Numbered from the stretch's first letter, positions 34,937 to 48,288 are shown. The stretch is DNA of 64,000 nt from Octopus sinensis (GCF_006345805.1 NC_043006.1:83886001-83950000); one strand, 5' to 3'. Program-made: numbers and translations. Notes: generated by a model from the sequence alone, not told the origin.

Positions 34937-37931
34937 TATATTTGATGACATTTAAGATGCACTTTTTCCCTTGGTCCTATACATACAAAGCTAGGCCTCC
35001 CCTAAACTAAGTTTGTCCCCATCATTCACTAGTATAAGCTGATTTTAATCCAGAATCTCTTTCACTTACCCTGATTCCATAATAATGGTTTCAAATTTTG
35101 GCACAAGGCCAAGAATTTCAGAGGAAGGGTTAAGTCAATTACATCAACCCCAGTACTCAACTGATACTTATTTTATCGTTCCCGGAAGGATGAAAGGCAA
35201 AGTCTACCTTGGCCAAATTTGAACTCAGAACATAAAGACCAACTCACTGTGTGCTGGCAGGATCATTAGCATGCCAGGCAAAATGCTTAGTGACATTTTG
35301 TCTTGTTTACATTCTGAGTTCAAATTCTGCCTAGGTCGACTTTCTTTGCCTTTTCTCTTGGAAAACATTGGTTACATGGAGAGGGGAGGCTGGTATGTAT
35401 GGGCTTGTGCCTCAGGGGGTCACTTTCTAGGTGCAAATCTATGGTCATACATGACTGAAAGGGGTCTTTCTTCTTTACCGGCTATGCCATCAAATATGGT
35501 AATTATAATTAACACCTCAAGGTACATTTATGTTAATGATTAGAATTGCAAATTTTGTGTTTAACAAACATAAATTGTACTTGGAGCCTGCTTTTGTAAA
35601 CCAGTATTGGTGGTGATGATGGTGGAATGTAAACCTGTACTCAGCTCTGATCTAATACTCCTATGATCAAATGTTCTAGTCCTGACCATCCCATGTTTTG
35701 TTTTCAGCCATAGTGTACCTTGGATTATATGTTCACAGGTGTCCAGCCTTTGTCTTTTTTTTATCTTTATTTTTTTATTTTTTCAATTTTAAAATAACTA
35801 TGTGGGTTTGAATGAGAGTTAGTTGTTACATACAGCAAGTCTTGTAACTATGTAGAGACTACTAGGTTGTAGAATTTAGCTATGACACTGTTCATCATCA
35901 TTGTTTTAACGTCCACTTTTCTATACCTGCATGAGTCAGATGTTTCCTTCCCAATCACATGGTTTCAGGTTCAGTCCCACCATATGGCACCTTGGGTGTG
36001 TGTTTTCTACTATATCCTTCGGCCAACCACATATGTGCGAACAATGGTTACATTAATCGAGCTGATTGTATATGTGTGTGTCATCATCATCATCAACATG
36101 TTTTCCATGCTGGCATGGGTTGGACAGATTGACAGGAGCTGGCCAGATGGGAAGTTACTCAAGCTCCATGTTTGTTTTGATATGGTATCTTTAGCTAGAT
36201 GCTCTTCTTAACACCAAATATATATATATATATATATCATCATCATCATCATTGTTTAGCATCCACTTTCCATACTGGTATGGGTGGGAAGGTTTGACAA
36301 GAACCGTCCAGGCAGAAGCTTGCACCAGACTTCTGTAACTGTTTTGGCAGGATTCTTACAGCTGGATGGATGTCATTCTTAACACCAATCACTCAGCAGA
36401 GTGGACATATTTATGGTGAGCTGGCAGAGTCGTTAGCATGCCGGGTGAAATGCTTAGTGGCATTTTGTCTGTCTTCACATATTCTGAGTTCAAATACCAT
36501 CAAGGTTGACTTTGCCTTTCATAACTTTTGGGGTGGATGTAATCGACTTACCCTTTTCCCCTTTCCCCTGAAATTGCTGGCCTGATGCCAAAATTGGAAA
36601 TCAATATGTATCTATATTTATGTGTATGTATATATTATTATTCAGCAATTTGATCTGGTTCCATGTACATTATGCTAAAATCCATCCTGTGTTCAATAAA
36701 CACAGAACAGCAAGTGAAAGCATCAGTGATCACTAGTGAGAGATATGTTAAGTGGCTCAATATTGACGAGAAGATAATATTTCATGCTGCTACAAATGGC
36801 ATATGATGACTTAATGACTAGCATTGCTTTATTTGCTATTTCTGGCATTCTTCCTGTTCAGACCGAATTCTTGAACTAACCACATCATTTTCTTCCTTTT
36901 TTTTTTTTTTTTTTTTTTTGTTCTTCTTATCCTAGCAACATACTCAGCGACAGACCTTACTCTAATTATGACACAAGCTAGTGGAATGTTTTTCCGGTTA
37001 ATCCTTTCCTGTTTTGGCTCAATTTATTTGTATGATCGGTTTAATGGTGCTGAACTGGTTAAGTTGTAAGAATGTTGGATAGAATTCTTAATGGAATTTT
37101 TTCCAGCCATCTATACACTGAGCTCAAATTCTTCCGAGGCCAGCTTTGCTATACACTCTTTCATTTCACTTCCTCAAGCCAAGGGTCCGCAAACACCAGT
37201 CCGTGGATCACATAGTACCATGCCACATAGAAAGAATAAATATTTTAATTTTATTTCTATTTTACTGACTGTCGCAGTCTGCAGGTTGTTTTTCACATCA
37301 AATATGTTTTATATATGTATTATATATGAAGAATCATGTGGCTTAGTGGTTAGGGTATTGGACTCGCTATCATAAGATTGTGGTTTCGATTCCTGAACCG
37401 GGCAATCCAATGTGTTTTTGAGCAAAACACTTCACTTCACGTTGCCCTTGTTCACTCAGCTGTATAAATGAGTTTAGCCTAGAGAGAGATGAACTCTGCC
37501 AGGTTTCCTTGCCCTGGATACGCTGCATGGCTGCAGTGCCTCAATGACCCCACAAGGGGTTAAGGGTCTTCTCAAATATGTGAAGATGCATTACTTAGTG
37601 GTTAGGGTATTCAGCTCACAATTGTATGGTCATGTGTTCAATACTTGGTGGCATGTTGTGTCCTTGAGCAAGACACTTTATTTCCCATTGCTCCAATCAA
37701 TCAGATGGCAAAAAGTAGAACCTGTGTTTCAAAGGGTCAGCCTTGTCACATTTGGATATTAAGGGTATTTGTAACTGGAGTATTCAACCACTCGCATGCT
37801 AATTTTCTCAGCAGGCTCTTCCATTGATTCGATCAACTGGAACACTCATTATCATAACCAAGGGATTGCCAGAGTAGTTAATATGTATTATACAGAGTCC
37901 AGTGAATATATTGTCATCTAAATTATGCTTT

Positions 37932-38315
37932 TACTCTTTTACTTGTTTCAGTTATTTGACTGTGTCTATGCTGGAGCACTGCCTTTAGTCGAGCAAATCG
38001 ACCCCAGGACTTATTCTTTGTAAGCCTAGTACTTATTCTATTGGTCTCTTTTGCCAAACCGCTAAGTTACGGAGACGTAAACACACCAGCATTGGTTGTC
38101 AAGTGATGTTGGGGACACACACACATACATACATATATATATATATATTTATTCAACGGGCTTCTTTCAGTTTCCATCTACCAAATCCACTCACAAGGCT
38201 TTGGCCAGCTTGAGACTATAGTAGAAGACACTTGCCCAAGGTGCCACACAGTGGGACTGAACCCGGAACCATGCGGTTCATAAGCAATCTACTTACCACA
38301 CAGCCACTTCTACGC
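37932..38315 (-). mobile_element. SINE family A, full length
   Basis: Reverse complement of family A. Confidence 0.85.
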
Positions 38316-38317
38316 AA

Positions 38318-38462
38318 AAATGAAAATAACACTGACATCTCATTTTAACAGATATATTTACCAAAATTACATAAAAATATCTTGAAATACTAAAGAGTAA
38401 ATTTATTCAATAAAATCACAATTGGCTTCAACCATGGCCTCCAGACGACTTCAGAATCTCCT
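38318..38462 (-). mobile_element. Short 3' fragment of the same maT element
   Basis: Near-identical to 16095-16240. Confidence 0.8.
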
Positions 38463-39283
38463 CTTAAATGGAAAACACATTAGTTAGCAACTTTTTCCCA
38501 CAGGTCTTCTAACAAACACACAAGCTAACAATGTACTCTCTGTAATGTCACTCACTCTGTAAACAAATAGCAGCTAAATCTCTCTCAAACCATCATAATC
38601 TTAAATATAGGAGTGTGATACATTTTATTGTCCGTTAGGTGAACTGTCAGCCATAAACATCCTAGCTTGTTGCATATCAGCAACTATATTGCAGCACATG
38701 TTTTGTCTATTATAAGACTGCCTTAGTTGATGTGAGAGAGATTTTGCTGGTATTTCTAGCAGGCTGGGCGACTTGTGTAAGGCTTGTTGGCTTGTAACAT
38801 TTGTATGTGTTGCTGCAAAAGTACCCATATGGTGCCATGTAAAAGTGACCATGTGGTTCCACATAAAAGCACCCAGCACACTCTGTAAAGTGGTTGGTGT
38901 TAGGAAGGGCATCTAACTGTAGAAACCATGCCAAATCAGACTGGAGTCTGGTGCAACTCCCCAGCTTGCCAGCTCTGGTCAAACTGCTGAACCCATGCCA
39001 GCATGGACAACAGATGTTAAATAATGATTATTCATTTCTTTATTGCCCATAGGAGGTTAAATATAGAGAGGACAAACAAGGACAGACGAAGGGATTAAGT
39101 CGATTACATCGATCCCTGTGCATAACTGGTACTTATTTAATCAACCCTGAAAGGATGAAAGGCAAAGTTGACCTCTGTGGAATTTGAACTTGGAGCATAA
39201 CGGCAGATGAAATACCGCTAGGCATTTCACCTGGCATGCTAACGATTCTGCCAGCTTGCTGCCCTAATAATAATGATTATTAT

Positions 39284-39646
39284 TACCTCTGCCTTAGCGA
39301 AGGCGGAAGCATTGTTTCAGTCATGTTTGTTTGTTAGTTGGTCTGTGGACAAGATATCTCAAGAATTGCTGGATGGATTCAGATGAAACTTTCAGGGATG
39401 TTTGGCCTTGTGACTGGTACAAACTGATTATATTTTGGAGTTGATCCGGTACTGGACAAGGATTCTGGATTATTTTTTCCTGTTTTTTACTTAATTTTTG
39501 GGAGCAGTCAGTTTCATTTGTAGTATTCTTGTTTGTGAGAGCAGTCAAGTTTATTTCAGATATTCTCATTTTAAATATCATCTCTGGTTAATCGTTGAGA
39601 GGACGTTGATGTTGCCTTGGCAGAGGTTTGCATTCTCTGAGTGCTC
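39284..39646 (+). mobile_element. Helentron/DINE-1-like non-autonomous element
   Basis: 5' acctctgccttagcgaaggcggaag hairpin; 3' ccttggcagaggt...ctctgagtgctc; inverted copy at 55015-55362. Confidence 0.6.
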
Positions 39647-39806
39647 GTTATTTTTATTATTATTTATTCAAATCTATGAGAGTGCAGGAGAGAAAGATAC
39701 ATATTGATATCTTTCTTTTTTGCTGTATGTATACCTCTAAGTCTCTATATTTCTTTCTTTCCTTTTAACTATCTTTTTGTATATCTACCTGCTTCTCTTA
39801 TCTCAA

Positions 39807-39858
<52 letters not shown>

Positions 39859-39910
39859 CATGGAAAGCGGACGTTAAACGATGATGATGATGATGATATA
39901 CATATATATA

Positions 39911-40165
39911 TAGTCGCCATGATAGATCGTTAGCCACTACACACATTTTTTTTCTCTCCTTGTTTTTACTGTGTCCCTTTCTGGGGAAGAGAGTAGGCTC
40001 GAAACGTAAAAGACTTTTTCTATTCCTGAGCGTTATACTAATATATCTGTTTGTTTTCTACACCACCTGTCTTCATCTTTTGTTTTTTGTGAACTTTCCC
40101 TGAGCTTCCAATAATACTGTATTTGTTCCACATCCTCGCGTTGTGTTTTTTTGTGCTTTCATGTT
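39911..40165 (+). mobile_element. ~250-bp (TA)n-flanked repeat with degenerate hammerhead
   Basis: (TA)n on both sides; contains the motif at 39973-40014. Confidence 0.5.
39973..40014 (+). ncRNA. Degenerate hammerhead-like motif
   Basis: gt[cc]cttt CTGGGGA a GAG agtagg CTC GAAA CG TA aaag ac; stems I and II pair, but core A6 is replaced by G. Confidence 0.4.
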
Positions 40166-40170
40166 TGGAT

Positions 40171-40209
<39 letters not shown>

Positions 40210-40433
40210 TATATATATACGTACACACACATACATTTCTCTTTCTTCTAGGCTCTCTCTTTCTGTTTGTCATTTGCTATAGTTTGGTTATCCCTTCTTT
40301 TTCAGTGTATACTTACCTACTTACTTTTTTTTTAATCATTTCATTATATGTAAACCCCACACTTTATGTCTGTCATTGCATTGCCCCTCATCCTTCACCC
40401 TTGTGACAAATAAATGAAATCATCATCATCATC

Positions 40434-40466
<33 letters not shown>

Positions 40467-40477
40467 GTATTTTCCAG

Positions 40478-40561
40478 TTCTAAAACAACATGGATTTGGA
40501 AAGCATAAATATTTCCATTTGCTAGTAGCAGAATGTAGCCCCGACGATGACTCTGAACTAG
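40478..40561 (+). CDS. SAT2: Diamine N-acetyltransferase, exon equivalent to vertebrate exon 3
   Basis: ttttccag|TTCTAAAA...CTAG|gtgag; 84 nt, phase 1 to 1; VLKQHGFGKHKYFHLLVAECSPDDDSEL matches LLEDGFGEHPFYHCLVAE; joins the 3303 exon in frame. Confidence 0.9.
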
Positions 40562-43221
40562 GTGAGATTTCTGTATTTCTGTCATTTAACAAATCTCTCT
40601 TTCTTCCTGATTAAGTAATTAATAAAAAAATTTTTTTTAAATAAAGAAAAACTATACATGGTTGATGTTCTGACACTATATGTGGGTATATATGTATATA
40701 TGCAATATAAGTATATTTTTGAGTGTGTATGTGATGATGATTGCCTCATGTCAGTCACCTCGCATGCAACCTGATTATTCTAATTTACTTTCATCTTTGC
40801 ATGTGCACAGATATGACTCTGTATGTATGTATATAAGAGCAAAACGCCACCCCAGCCCGCTCAAATGACGGTGCTGACTTGTCAAACATTTAAACCAAAT
40901 TTTCTCAAAACAACTTGTCCGACCGTCCTATGGGCCTCCCCTTTGAGAAACACTGATTTAACCTAAATTTGGGACACCAGCAAAAGAAGAAATAAAGATA
41001 GACTTTTTTTCTATTCCAAAGAAAAATGATTTTATTCACGTTATCGATCACATTCTCACCTGGAATCGATTTTTGTAACTTTTTCAAGACTTATAAATGC
41101 CCTGATACCCTTGGTATCTACATATCAAATTTGAGTGCAATCAGATGGAGGATGCCCGAGATCCTAGAAGACACACACACAGACAGACAGAACAGATTTT
41201 ATATAATAGATGTATAAGGTCCTTGTAGGATATAAAGTTAGGGTATTTCCTATGGAGCACTCAACCCAAGTTCTGGGCTATCACCACAGTCGGATTCCAG
41301 ACTAATACCGAAATTCTTCAGGTGTAGAAAATTATGGCTTCACGATAGTAAAACCGTTATGTGGGTGTGATGAAAAGTAAAATATAATTCAAATAATAAG
41401 ACTAAGATATACTTTAACACATTTTTACTGATCATTTATAATTGTTTCTGTACCCACTCTGCTTGCATCATCATTTTACTCAAAAATTCAAATTGGGCAA
41501 GTGTCTTCTACTATAGTTTCAGGCTGACCAAAGCCTTGTGAGTGGATTTTGTAGACGGAAACTGAAAGAAGCTTGTCGTATATATGTATATATATATGTG
41601 TGTATGTGTGTGTATATCTTTGTGTATCTGTGTTTGTCCCCCCCCCAACATCACTTGACAACTGGGGCTGGTGTGTTTGCGTCCCCATAACTTAGTGCTT
41701 CAGCAAAAGAGACCGATAGAATAAGTACTAGGCTTACAAGGAATAAGTCCTGGGGTTGATTTGCTCAACTAAAGGCGGTGCTCCAGTATGGCCACAGTCA
41801 AATGACTGAAACAAGTAAAAGAGTAAAAAGAGAGTATAATATTTTTGGCTTTAGACATTAGTGTAGCACTTGATGCAAGTTTGAAGAAGTGCCACTCTAA
41901 TGTCTAAAACCACAAATATTTGTAAATTTTCACTTCAAATTTTGGTGCAAACTGGTGGTGGAAGCAGAGTTGGTACAGAAACAATTCTAACTGATCGTTA
42001 AAGATGTGTTAAAGCATTTCTTTGTTATATTATTTGGATTATATATAGATGCTTATAGGGTGGCAAGCTGGCAGAATTGTTAGCACACGGGGTGAAATAC
42101 TTAGTGGTATTTCGTCTGCCATTATGTTCTGAGTTCAAATTCCGCTGTAGTCAATTTTTGCCTTAGGGTATTAGAAGCACCATCCGAGTGTGATCGTTGC
42201 CAGAGTGGCTATCTGGCCTCCGTGCCGGTGGCACATAAAAGACACCATTCGAGCGTGATCATTACCAGCATCACCTTAATGGCACCTGTACTGGTGGCAT
42301 GTGCAAAAGATTTGAGCGAGATCATTGCCAGTGCTGCCTGACTGGCCCCGTGCCGGTGGCATGTAAAAACACCTGCTACACTCTTGGAGTGGTTGGTGTT
42401 AAGAAGGGCATCCAGTTGTAGAAACTCTGCCAGATCAAGATTGAAGCCTGGTGCAGCCATCTGGTTCGCCAGCCCTCAGTCATACGTCCAACCCATGCTA
42501 GCATGGAAAGCGGACGTTAAACGATGATGATCCTTACAGGGTCAATTATATAAGTACCAGTTACGCACTGGGGTCAATGTAATCGACTTAATCACTTTGT
42601 CTGTCCTGGTTTGTCCACCTGTGGACAATAAAGAAATACATAGCTACATATGTATATGTATGTATGTAAATATATACATGATTTATTTATAACCTACTTC
42701 ATATTGTTACTCTTTTGTAATTGATACCAGAGTTGAGAAACTTTGACCCGATATGTAAATGAGTTAAATTAGTCACATGTTTTGTTTACATATTAAAAAA
42801 TCACCAGCAGTTTGGGCAGTATAGGTGACTGAATCAAGATTGTTAAATATTAAGGAAAACATTCAGTTCAGTCTTGAACCCATCCTGCAAATATAAGACC
42901 ATCATGGGCCTAATTTGAGAACATGAGTAAGCATATATGTGGGACTTCATATGTTTGTCTATGTATTCATAACTTTCACTGTGTTGGCAATCTAGAAAAT
43001 AAATATGATATAGTTTTTTTTGCTCACTCATTCTATTTAATGATTAATAATTGTTATTAACAGGCATAGCCATGTGGTAAGATGTTTGCTCCCCAACCAC
43101 ATGGGGTTCAATCCCACTGTATGACACCTTGGGCAAGTGTCTTCTACTATAGCCTCAGGTCAACCAAAGCTTTGTGAGTGGATTTGATAGACAGAAGCTT
43201 AACAAGTCTGTTATTTATATT

Positions 43222-43257
<36 letters not shown>

Positions 43258-43269
43258 TACACATACATC

Positions 43270-43580
43270 TACAAGGGGTTACTCAAAAGTTCTTGGTTTT
43301 AAATGTATGAGGACAATTACCCTCCGTAGGACAATTCCCCCTAACAACAACTACCCTGAAGAACAATTATCTCCCCCTTGGTTAATTACCCCCTATCTAA
43401 TATATTAAGAAGTTTTAAATCATCTGTTGCCCTTGGTGGGGAGTTATTGTCTATCGAGGGTAAATGTTCTAGACTTGGCTTTAAGAGTATCGTAAAAGGT
43501 CTGGTTGGAGGCCCAACCTTCCGGGTTATTTTACAGGGCTTTAAAAAACTGAAGGACCACTGCAAGAAGTGTGTTGAACA
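43270..43580. mobile_element. Mariner-like remnant with a nested short TIR element (~43311-43472)
   Basis: tacaaggggttactcaaaagt start; inner ggacaattaccctcc ... gagggtaaatgttc inverted ends. Confidence 0.35.
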
Positions 43581-44054
43581 TGGAAGGGACACCTTAACCA
43601 TTCGAAAAAGCACTCAAAAACTGTTAACTTCACTTAAACATTTATTATTTGATGTCAAAAGGGTAGCAAGCTGGTAGAACCATAAGCACCCCAGGCAAAA
43701 TGCTTAGCAGCATTTTGTCCCTCTTTATGTTCTGAGATCAAATTCTGCTGAGGTTCATTTTGCCTTTCATACATTCAGAGTCAATAAAATACCAGTTGAG
43801 TACTGGGGTCAACCCTCTCCACCAAGATTGCTGGCGTTGTACCAAAACTTGAAACCAATATCTGATGTCAAAATTCTCATCATATTAGTTGCAATCTGAC
43901 ATTGTTCACTTGAGTGGAACTATGTCAGTGACCAGGTTGCAGTTGGCATGAGGAAAAGTTTTACACCAAATAATAAATGTTCAAACGAAGTTTCTGTGTT
44001 TTTAAATGACTAATAATACATTTTTCACATTGTAATTATTTAATTTCAGTTTAA

Positions 44055-45142
44055 CCCTTTCGTTACTATATTTCTCACCAAAATACACCCCTTATGTGTT
44101 TCAATTAATTTCTAACATAATCATAAATTTAGTCTGGTTTCATTAAACAACTATAACTTTTTTATTTATCAATATATTAATCTGATTTTTGGAAGATAAT
44201 TTAATGAAATGTTCTCAACCAATTCTATACTATAATTTTTGTCACAAAGTGACTCTAATTGCAGGTAGATACAGGTAAATTCAACAAAATATAAAATTAT
44301 TAAAATTTTGTTCAAATATCGCTATAGAAAATGGGTTATTAGCTAATATTCAATTGGGTATACAACAAAATTTTACGATAGAATTTGTTATTCTGGGTAA
44401 CTTTCTGATACCCATAATAATATTTATGGCAAAATAGTCTTAATTTCATTTAAGTTTGTGGGAAACCACTAACTGTCCTTTCTTTCGCTTTGTTTACATT
44501 TAGCGTAACGGTTCGTTTCCACCGTAATGATTTCAAATAGGCTCATTCGAAAAAGTAAAAAGAAATAGTCTAAGGCTTTACTCTCCTGGGAAAGTCTGTG
44601 GCTTGGTCCAGTTTCTTCAGAAAAATCACCAAAAGAAACAGTTTTTAAATTTTCACTCCATTCAGGTGCCAATTCATTTTCTTTATCACTGTCGGAGCTC
44701 TCAGATTCACTGTTTTCACTTTTGGAAAATGAAACACCAGATTCATTATCAAATACCATGTGCTTTTTTTTTTTCAGTCATAGAGTTAGATTTATCAAGG
44801 TCTTCAGTAGAACATCCTTCGAATTCTGACTTGCTGCTTGATATAATGAAATTCGTATCCATTTTTTGTCAGAATTACAAATTTTGAAAACACAATAGGA
44901 ACAAATTTCGGAAAAAAACCTCCCAAAGTTCACAGAATTAAAATTACACTTCAATCGTTGTACAAAACTGTAGATGAATTGTTTATGAAGTATAATCACT
45001 TGTTTTCACGAATGTACTAAAGAGATTTGCCCTGATATTCTCATTTAAATATGAATAGGTAAATACGGGAGGGTTTGGGCGGTTTGGTAACATTAACCAA
45101 AATTTTTTTCGGGCGGCTTTGGGCGGTTTGGTAATGAAAGGG
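44055..45142 (-). mobile_element. Internally deleted piggyBac element
   Basis: TTAA TSD at 44051-54 and 45143-46; TIR ccctttcgttac / gtaatgaaaggg; transposase N-terminus ...ALDYFFLLFRMSLFEIITVETNRYAK; subterminal tttgggcggtttggtaa x2. Confidence 0.88.
44469..44862 (-). pseudogene. piggyBac transposase N-terminal fragment
   Basis: MDTNFIISSSKSEFEGCSTEDL..., frameshift in an A11 run, then MVFDNES...ETNRYAKCKQSERKDS*. Confidence 0.75.
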
Positions 45143-45225
45143 TTAATCAATTCTAATGATTATTAAAAAAAATTCTTTTCTTCATAATTCTTTTTTATTT
45201 TTCTATTTTCGTTTTAAAATTGCAG

Positions 45226-45368
45226 CTGGCAAGATTGGTGGTTATATTCTGTTTTTCTTTGGTTATGACCCTTGGCAAGGAAAATACCTTTATGTGGAAG
45301 ATTTCTATGTCACCTCCTGTTGTCGAAAAATTGGTATGGGTAGCGCCCTCTGGAAAGCAGTCATTAAG
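45226..45368 (+). CDS. SAT2: Diamine N-acetyltransferase, exon carrying YDPW/LYxED and the acetyl-CoA-binding RxxGxG motif
   Basis: ttgcag|CTGGC...ATTAAG|gtaag; 143 nt, phase 1 to 0; AGKIGGYILFFFGYDPWQGKYLYVEDFYVTSCCRKIGMGSALWKAVIK. Confidence 0.93.
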
Positions 45369-47305
45369 GTAAGAAACCAGCAAAAATGATCAACAAACAA
45401 CATGGGAGATAAGTTTTTATTTCATTTGTTTCCTCCAATATTCACTATCATTGTTTGCTGTGTGGTTAAGAAGCTTGCTTTTCAACCATGTGGTGTCAGG
45501 TTCAGTCCTACTACATGGATCCTTGAGAAAATGTCTTGTACTATAGCCCCAAGCCAACCATAGCCTTGTGAGTGGATTTGATTGACAGAAACCAAAAGAA
45601 GTTCAATGTACACCTATTTGTCTATTTATCTACCTATCTGGGGGGGGGTGCAGGGCTGCTTTTAAGCCAATTAGAAAAATTCGGCCCTGAGCCAAGAAGG
45701 GGCCCAGTGCACATACTCAACCAGGGGATTCTATGATAAACTTTTAGTATATTATTGAGGCTAGTGGTGGAACCTCAAGCCCTCAATGCTTTTGGGCTGG
45801 GACTGGTGTACAGTATGAAGCATAAAACATCAATCTTCAGCGTTTGTAGAGTAGAGGGCCCCACCGACAATTCTGTAATTGGGCTGTACACTTTGTAGCA
45901 CCGGCCCAGATGGGAATAGGAAGTTGTACTGCTTCATTTTGGCATCATCTGATAACTGTAAACTAATACTGCTGTTATAAATGTGGTGTCCCTCATTTTC
46001 AGTCTTTTGAGAAAATCTGTCCAGTCATGGGGATATATTATGAGGGCGAGTAGGAAAAAGTAATGCAATTTTTATGTGCATTATGCACAAGAGTGGCTGT
46101 GTGGTAAGTAGCTTGCTTCCCAACCACGTGGTTCTGGGTTCAGTCCCACTGTGTGGCACCTTGGGCAAGTGTCTTCTACTATAGCCTCGGGCCAACCAAA
46201 GCCTTGCGAGTGAATTTGATAGACAGAAACTGAAAGAAGCCCATTGTATATATGTATATATAGTTGAAATTTACAAAAAAACAAAAAACAAAAACAGGTG
46301 TATAAATAGCAAGCAGATGTATTAGTTTGACGCTCAGGAAAGTGAGAAAGTCTTTTACATTTTGAGCCTATGCTTTTCAACAGAAAGGAACACAAGGAAA
46401 TAAAGAGAGAGAGAATAAAAAGATCTTGTGGATTTAGCAGTCAATCATGGCGCTCAATCGTGTGTGTGTGTATGTATTTGTATGTCTATGTTTCTCCCCC
46501 ACCATCACTTGGCAACCGCCAAGCAATTTATACCACTGTATTTATATTACTGTAACTTAGTGGTTTGGCAATAGAAACTGATAGAAGTACTAGGCTTACA
46601 AAGAATCAGTCCTGGGGTTGATTTGTTCAACTAGAGGTGGTGCTCCAGCATGGCTGCAGTCAAATGATTGAAGCAAACAAAAGAATTACCTTTTTAATAA
46701 TTCTCATGCATTTTTAAGGGTAATTCAAAAAGCAGTGCAAATATAAACTGTACGTTACTTTCTGACTCAACCCTCATACTTTGCTTGGAATCAGGTAAAG
46801 GTTGGTAACAGGAAAGGCATTGTTTGGATAGAGGACATTTGCTTCAATGAATTCTGTCTGACCTGTGCAAGCATGGAAATATGGACATTAAAATTATGAT
46901 GGTGATGGTGATAATGATTTCTGTATCATCTGGTGGCACATAAAAAGCACCATCCGTACGTGGCCGATGCCAGCACTGCTTTGACTGGCTTCCATGCCAG
47001 TGGCACATAAAAAGCACCAACCGATCGTGGCCGTTGCCAGCCTATCCTGGCACCTGTGCCAGGGGCACGTAAAAAGCATCCATTACACTCTTGGAGTGGT
47101 TGGCATTAGGAAGGGGATCCAGCTGTAGAAACATTGCCAGACCAGACTGGAGCCTGGTGCAGCCTCCTGACTTCCCAGACCCTGGTCAAACCGTCCAACC
47201 CATGCTAGCATGGAAAACGGACGTTAAACGATGATGATGATGATGATGCAATTGTGGTTAAAAGAAAAAAAAAGTAAAATATTATTCACAATCTTTCTTT
47301 CTTAC

Positions 47306-47379
47306 CACAGTTCTATTCATAGACATATAATTGGATTCATCATCAGGCATATTCCTAAATGGGTGATTAACAGAGATTT
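47306..47379 (-). CDS. Candidate 74-nt exon of an antisense gene
   Basis: Strong acceptor tcattttcttctattgttttccattag, donor GTG|gtaaga; one open frame (x)ISVNHPFRNMPDDESNYMSMNRTV, phase 1 to 0. Confidence 0.35.
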
Positions 47380-48288
47380 CTAATGGAAAACAATAGAAGA
47401 AAATGAGTGGTGGTGGTGGTTGTGGTAGCGTGAGTTATGGCCATGGTGGTTGTGGTGGTTATAGTGGTAGGTGTAACTTTATGGGAGTATCAGTTGACCA
47501 AGCTAATTAGGGTATCAGTCTGACCAACAGATGACAACTTGTCATTTATTGTTTGCGCTCCTAGGTATGAATAATGACTTAAGACTTATTTTTAGCTTTT
47601 TATAAGGTGATTAAGCAACAGAAGCAGCGTTAATCACCTTCTTAGTTTAGGAAAAATGAACAGTAGTTGGTATTCAGTAAGCCATCATCACTATCATTGT
47701 TGTTGGCATCACTAATTTTTTTTTTGTCAGCTTTCAATGTTGGCATGGGTTAGAGGGTTAGATGTTTTGACAGTGAGTTAAAAGACAATAAGTTGCAGGA
47801 CAATGTCTTGTTCCAGTGTCTCCGTTTCTATGACTGGATGCTTTTCCTAATGCCAACCATTTTACAGAGTATACTGGATACTTTTGTTTTATTTATTTTT
47901 TTTTTTTTTCATGGCATGAGCACCAGTGAGGTTACCTTGTAACTGACAAGACCTAAAGAGCTCCCTTAACTGAGAAAGAGAACAAGAGATATGCTGGTCA
48001 GTTTATGTGGGGTGTAGGGTGGTTTAGCATATGATCAGAAGAGCAGGAAGAGTTTCATTATTTGGGGAGGAGATTTGTGGCCAGCTTGGATTTTACATAG
48101 GCTGACGGGAGGGTGGAGGGGTACTCAAAAGTGAGGTAAATATAGTGGTGGTGAGGTACTGGTATTTTATTTCATAGACCCCCAGGAAGATGAAAGACAA
48201 AGTTGACCTCAGAACATAAAGAAACAGAAATCTCCTAATGTTGTAATGAGAGTATTATTTTTTATATATTTGTTTGTGTGTGTGTGTG

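Noticed and set aside
45650-45910. Possible hAT-type MITE (cagggc...ggccc)
   Set aside because: TIRs too degenerate and no TSD seen
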